The notes under the pieces are model-generated. The model had not been told where the DNA came from, did not search any database, and saw only the letters and a program-made list of their open reading frames with translations. DNA of 64,000 bases, taken from the NCBI RefSeq assembly GCF_963921235.1, contig NC_086108.1:8618001-8682000 (forward strand). Direction: 5' to 3'. The stretch is from Mobula hypostoma. Lineage: Eukaryota. Positions 62,237 to 64,000 of this stretch are shown piece by piece (the stretch's first letter is position 1; every line of letters begins with the position of its first letter). A program made the position numbers and the translations under genes.

Positions 62237-63273
62237 GAGCCTCAGGTCCCACATCACCAGGTTCAGGAACAGTTATTACCCCACAACCATCAGGCTCCTG
62301 AACCAGTGTGGATAACTTCACTCACCACAATGAGCCTCAGGTCCCACACCACCAGGTTCAGGAACAGTTATTACCCCACAACCATCAGGCTCCTGAACCA
62401 GTGTGGATAACTTCACTCAGCACAATGAGCCTCAGGTCCCACACCACCAGGTTCAGGAACAGTTATTACCCCACAACCATCAGGCTCCTGAACCAGTGTG
62501 GATAACTTCATTCACCACAATGAGCCTCAGGTCCCACACCACCAGGTTCAGGAACAGTTATTACCCCACAACCATCAGGCTCCTGAACCAGTGTGGATAA
62601 CTTCACTCAGCACAATGAGCCTCAGGTCCCACACCACCAGGTTCAGGAACAGTTATTACCCCACAACCATCAGGCTCCTGAACCAGTGTGGATAACTTCA
62701 CTCACCACAATGAGCCTCAGGTCCCACACCACCAGGTTCAGGAACAGTTATTACCCCACAACCATCAGGCTCCTGAACCAGTGTGGATAACTTCATTCAC
62801 CACAATGAGCCTCAGGCCCCACACCACCAGGTTCAGGAACAGTTATCACCCCACAACCATCAGGCTCCTGAACCAGTGTGGATAACTTCACTCACCACAA
62901 TGAGCCTCAGGTCCCACACCACCAGGTTCAGGAACAGTTATCACCCCACAACCATCAGACTCCTGAACCAGTGTGGATAACTTCACTCACCACAATGAGC
63001 CTCAGGTCCCACACCACCAGGTTCAGGAACAGTTATTACCCCACAACCATCAGGCTCCTGAACCAGTGGGGATAACTTCACTCACCACAATGAGCCTCAG
63101 GTCCCACACCACCAGGTTCAGGAACAGTTATTACCCCACAACCATCAGGCTCCTGAACCAGTGTGGATAACTTCACTCACCACAATGAGCCTCAGGTCCC
63201 ACACCACCAGGTTCAGGAACAGTTATTACCCCACAACCATCAGGCTCCTGAACCAGTGTGGATAACTTCACTC
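62237..63273 (+). repeat. ~11 tandem copies of the 95-bp LINE-tail-derived unit
   Basis: ORF track repeats every 95 bp; near-identical units embedded in a Rex1/Babar-type 3' fragment. Confidence 0.97.
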
Positions 63274-64000
63274 AACTTCATTTGGCCTGTCACTGAAATG
63301 TTCCCACAACCAATGGACTCATATTCAAGGACTCTTCATCTCATGTTCTCAATATTTATTGCTTATTTATTATTATTATTATTTCTTTCTTTTTGTATTT
63401 GCACAGTGTGTTGTCCAAATTGGTATGCTCTTTCATTAGAACACAGAACATAGACCAGTACAGCACCGGAACAGGCTCTGCAGCTCACAATGTTGTGCCA
63501 AACTGGTTAAAAGGTAAATCAAAAACTCCAAAAGCTAATCTCCTCTACCTACACCGTGTCCATATCCCTCTATCCTCCTCACATCCATGTGCCTATCCAA
63601 ACATCTCTTAAAAGCCTCCAATGTATCTGCCGCTACCACCATATCAGACATCCACCACTCTGAGTGAAAAAACTTACCCTGCACATCCCCTTTGAACCTG
63701 CCCCCTTCTCACCTGGATGGTAGGCATCTGGAGAGCTATGGTCCCGGTACAGGTCAATGGGAGTGGCCAGTTTAAATGGTTCAACACAACTAGATGGGCT
63801 GAAGGGTCTGCCTCTGTACTTTTCTATCATTCTAAGACTCCAACAATGAACAAATGAAAAATTACACACACTGAAAGGTTCAAAAGGTTCATTTATTATC
63901 GAAGTATACAACTCTGAAACTCTTCTTCTCCAGATAGCCCCGAAAACAAGAAAGAAAAGAATGGCAGCACGATCATTAACCCCCCAAATCCCACCTCCCC

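Noticed and set aside
62237..63273. CRISPR-like array or repeated 65-aa ORFs
   Set aside because: Units are contiguous and near-identical with no unique spacers, there are no cas genes, and the ORFs are by-products of a 95-bp period

Overview
Eukaryotic, repeat-dense vertebrate DNA. The repeat content (CR1 and Rex1/Babar LINEs, Penelope-like elements, tRNA-derived SINEs) suggests a cartilaginous fish, which is an inference. The only supportable host gene is a + strand PPP1R14-family phosphatase inhibitor, most like PPP1R14A/CPI-17. Its exon 2 (6871-6951), exon 3 (7067-7099) and terminal coding exon 4 (39187-39276) lie in the window, with a 32-kb transposon-filled intron 3; exon 1 was not found and probably lies upstream. 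Nearly all long ORFs in the track are decayed retrotransposon fragments. Most notable: two intact minimal hammerhead ribozymes in Penelope tails on the sense strand of the gene's introns, two hairpin-shaped Penelope micro-insertions with target-site duplications (TSDs), a near-identical inverted CR1 pair flanking exons 2-3 (a circRNA or skipping configuration), a 95-bp LINE-tail-derived tandem array at three loci, a 60-bp CpG-rich VNTR, a Chapaev3-like transposase remnant, and a nested R4/Rex6 element. No prokaryotic system or CRISPR array is present. Repeat boundaries were set by eye and are approximate unless a TSD is given.
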